Assembly (NCBI GenBank): GCA_026770705.1
Contig: JANJGN010000013.1
Location: 138,880,001-138,944,000, forward strand
Length of the DNA stretch: 64,000 nucleotides
Origin: Isurus oxyrinchus
Lineage: Eukaryota
Direction of reading: 5' to 3'
The notes below the pieces were generated by a model. The model was given only the letters and a program-made list of their open reading frames with translations, was not told where the DNA came from and did not search any database. Of this stretch, positions 62,210-64,000 are shown in pieces. Numbering within the stretch: the first letter of the stretch is position 1; each line of letters opens with the position of its first letter. The position numbers were made by a program, and so were the translations under genes.

Positions 62210-62490
62210 AATAGTCACACGGACTCAAGACGTTAACTCTGGTTTCTCTCTCCACAGAGGCTGTCAGACCTGCTGAGCTTTTCCAGCATTTTCTGTTTTT
62301 ATTTCATATTAGAGATTCCCACCATTGGCTCGATGGGCCAGCTGGCCTCCTTCTATGGCTAATGACTCTGATGACTCCGTGACATACTATATAAAGCCAG
62401 AAAATCCTGACAACACTCAGCCGGCCAGGCAGTGTATGTGTTTTCTTCTTTAATTCCATATTTCCAGTATTTGCAGTATTTTGTTTTGGT
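62210..62490 (+). mobile_element. Decayed PLE terminal fragments
   Basis: GGACTCAAGACGTTAACTCTG..GTCAGACCTGCTGAGCTTTTCCAGCA; TTTCCAGTATTTGCAGTATTTT. Confidence 0.6.
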
Positions 62491-64000
62491 GGATTCGCCT
62501 ACATGCCCAGTACATGTTCAAGGTTCTCATTACCTTTCATCATGGTGACTGATTTTGCCTCGCTACACAAAACGGGAAGGCAGAACCCAAGCAACTTAGT
62601 GAAACGCTGCTGCATATTTTGCTATCCACACATTCTGATTACCAGCAGAAAGTTTGCCAAGGGAGATGTCAACGGGATCCTGCTGTGTTATATTTGCAGC
62701 TGACCACAGACTACTTGAAATGCTTTTTATCCATGATGGTTGATATACATCCATACTGACCGTGGCAAATGCCATGAAACCTTTAACAATAATTTATTGT
62801 AGGCCCACCAGTTTCTGTGGCTGCACAGACCCATCAACTGCTGGTTACAGATCGACTCACCTGAGTCTCAAAATTGTTAACTGTAATTACTGCTAATGAA
62901 CCTTCCAACGTTAGCAGCAGAAGCATCCACGTGCTTCCATATATGTAATCCTGTTTGTGCAAACATTCTTCATGGAACAAAAATGGCAGGACCACCTTAA
63001 CGTCTTCTGAATCACATTTTATCTGAATCTATGGCCCAGTGGAAGATAATGAAACTGTGTGGGATCTCTTCTACCAAATGGGACATGAGCCAACTCTAGC
63101 TAGAAGACGTCTGTTATGACATAACAGAGGCCAATGTAATCATTTTTTTTTCTTTATTCATTTATGGGATGTGGATGTCACTGGTTAGGCCAGCATTTAA
63201 TGTCCATCCCTAATCGCCCTTGTTCAGAGGGCATTTAAGAGGACATTGCAGTGAGTTGAAGCAGTATTTGCTACTATACAATGATGGACAAAGGAAAATT
63301 TTGAGTGATGGACCATTTAAATTGTATTCAGAGGAATTAAGGTATCCTCGTCTGTCATTCATTCTCAATGGGCCTCAACAGAACCATTTTGTTTAGGCTC
63401 CTGGCAGGCTTGTTAGATGAAGCACTTCATAATATCAGAGGACATCATGTCCAACGTTTATGTGGGGAGCAATTAGGATGATTAGTTCTATTTGACAGGC
63501 GTGCATCTCCTTTAGATCCATTATCAATGGCAATGCTAAAGAATTCACAGCTGAGCCTGCCCAGAAGGAAAGGGAAGATTGTATCTGACTGGGATAATGT
63601 TAAACATTCCATGTTCTTTACCAACCCCAAAAGAGTTTACAGAGAAAATTCAGTGGTTAAACCTCACATGTTTTGTCCCTTATAATGAACCCTAGCCCTT
63701 CCATGCAGAATTGGAATGCAGTGTTTGCAGAAATGGGATTGCTGGGAGCATGTCGTTTACTTCTGGAATCATGTGACTCTCCATTCTACCCCAGAAGCTG
63801 GTGCAAGTTTCTAAGTCTTTTCTCCTAGCAACTGCTTTGGTCAAAATTTGCACACATTTACCCATGTTAATGTTGTCTCTGGCTGCACCCAGAATGCTTG
63901 TTTCTGTCTGTACTTGGTAAGGTAAAGCAGGACAGCAAAGAATGGGCATCGATAGTTGAGTATATGCAGAGGGCTTTGTTGCAAAAAGTCCTCTTTCTTG

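Noticed and set aside
62499-62520. p53-like site CTACATGCCC-A-GTACATGTTC
   Set aside because: Three mismatches to the consensus and no context.
62700-62780. YIHTDRGKC integrase-like motif
   Set aside because: Single short motif without supporting frame. It may be a very old retroelement but cannot be supported by eye.
63445-63949. Short minus-strand ORFs at the window end
   Set aside because: No recognisable homology or splice signals.

Overview
Vertebrate genomic DNA, most likely a cartilaginous fish (inferred from the repeat families). Most of the window is decayed transposable elements and I found no recognisable intact host protein-coding exon. Elements seen: CR1-clade and L2 LINEs, tRNA-derived SINEs, about 14 Penelope-like (PLE) terminal fragments carrying minimal hammerhead-ribozyme motifs, PIF/Harbinger-type MITEs, and several Gypsy LTR elements. 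The Gypsy set includes a two-LTR Gmr1-type element and a four-element nest at 18.7-25.3 kb. Non-repeat DNA holds candidate promoters near 9.6, 30.2 and 43.3 kb (the last apparently bidirectional) and a few splice-bounded candidate exons. Best leads: (1) a non-autonomous Gypsy element whose RT/RNaseH/integrase core is replaced by a coiled-coil resembling host UACA, fused in frame to the protease; (2) a tRNA-SINE head running directly into a LINE endonuclease N-terminus; (3) PLE hammerheads with a recurrent A6U core variant in palindromic insertions; (4) a Gmr1-type LTR that appears to have grown by absorbing old tRNA-Pro primer-binding sites. All family assignments are by eye and from recalled motifs. 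Boundaries are approximate unless a TSD is given.
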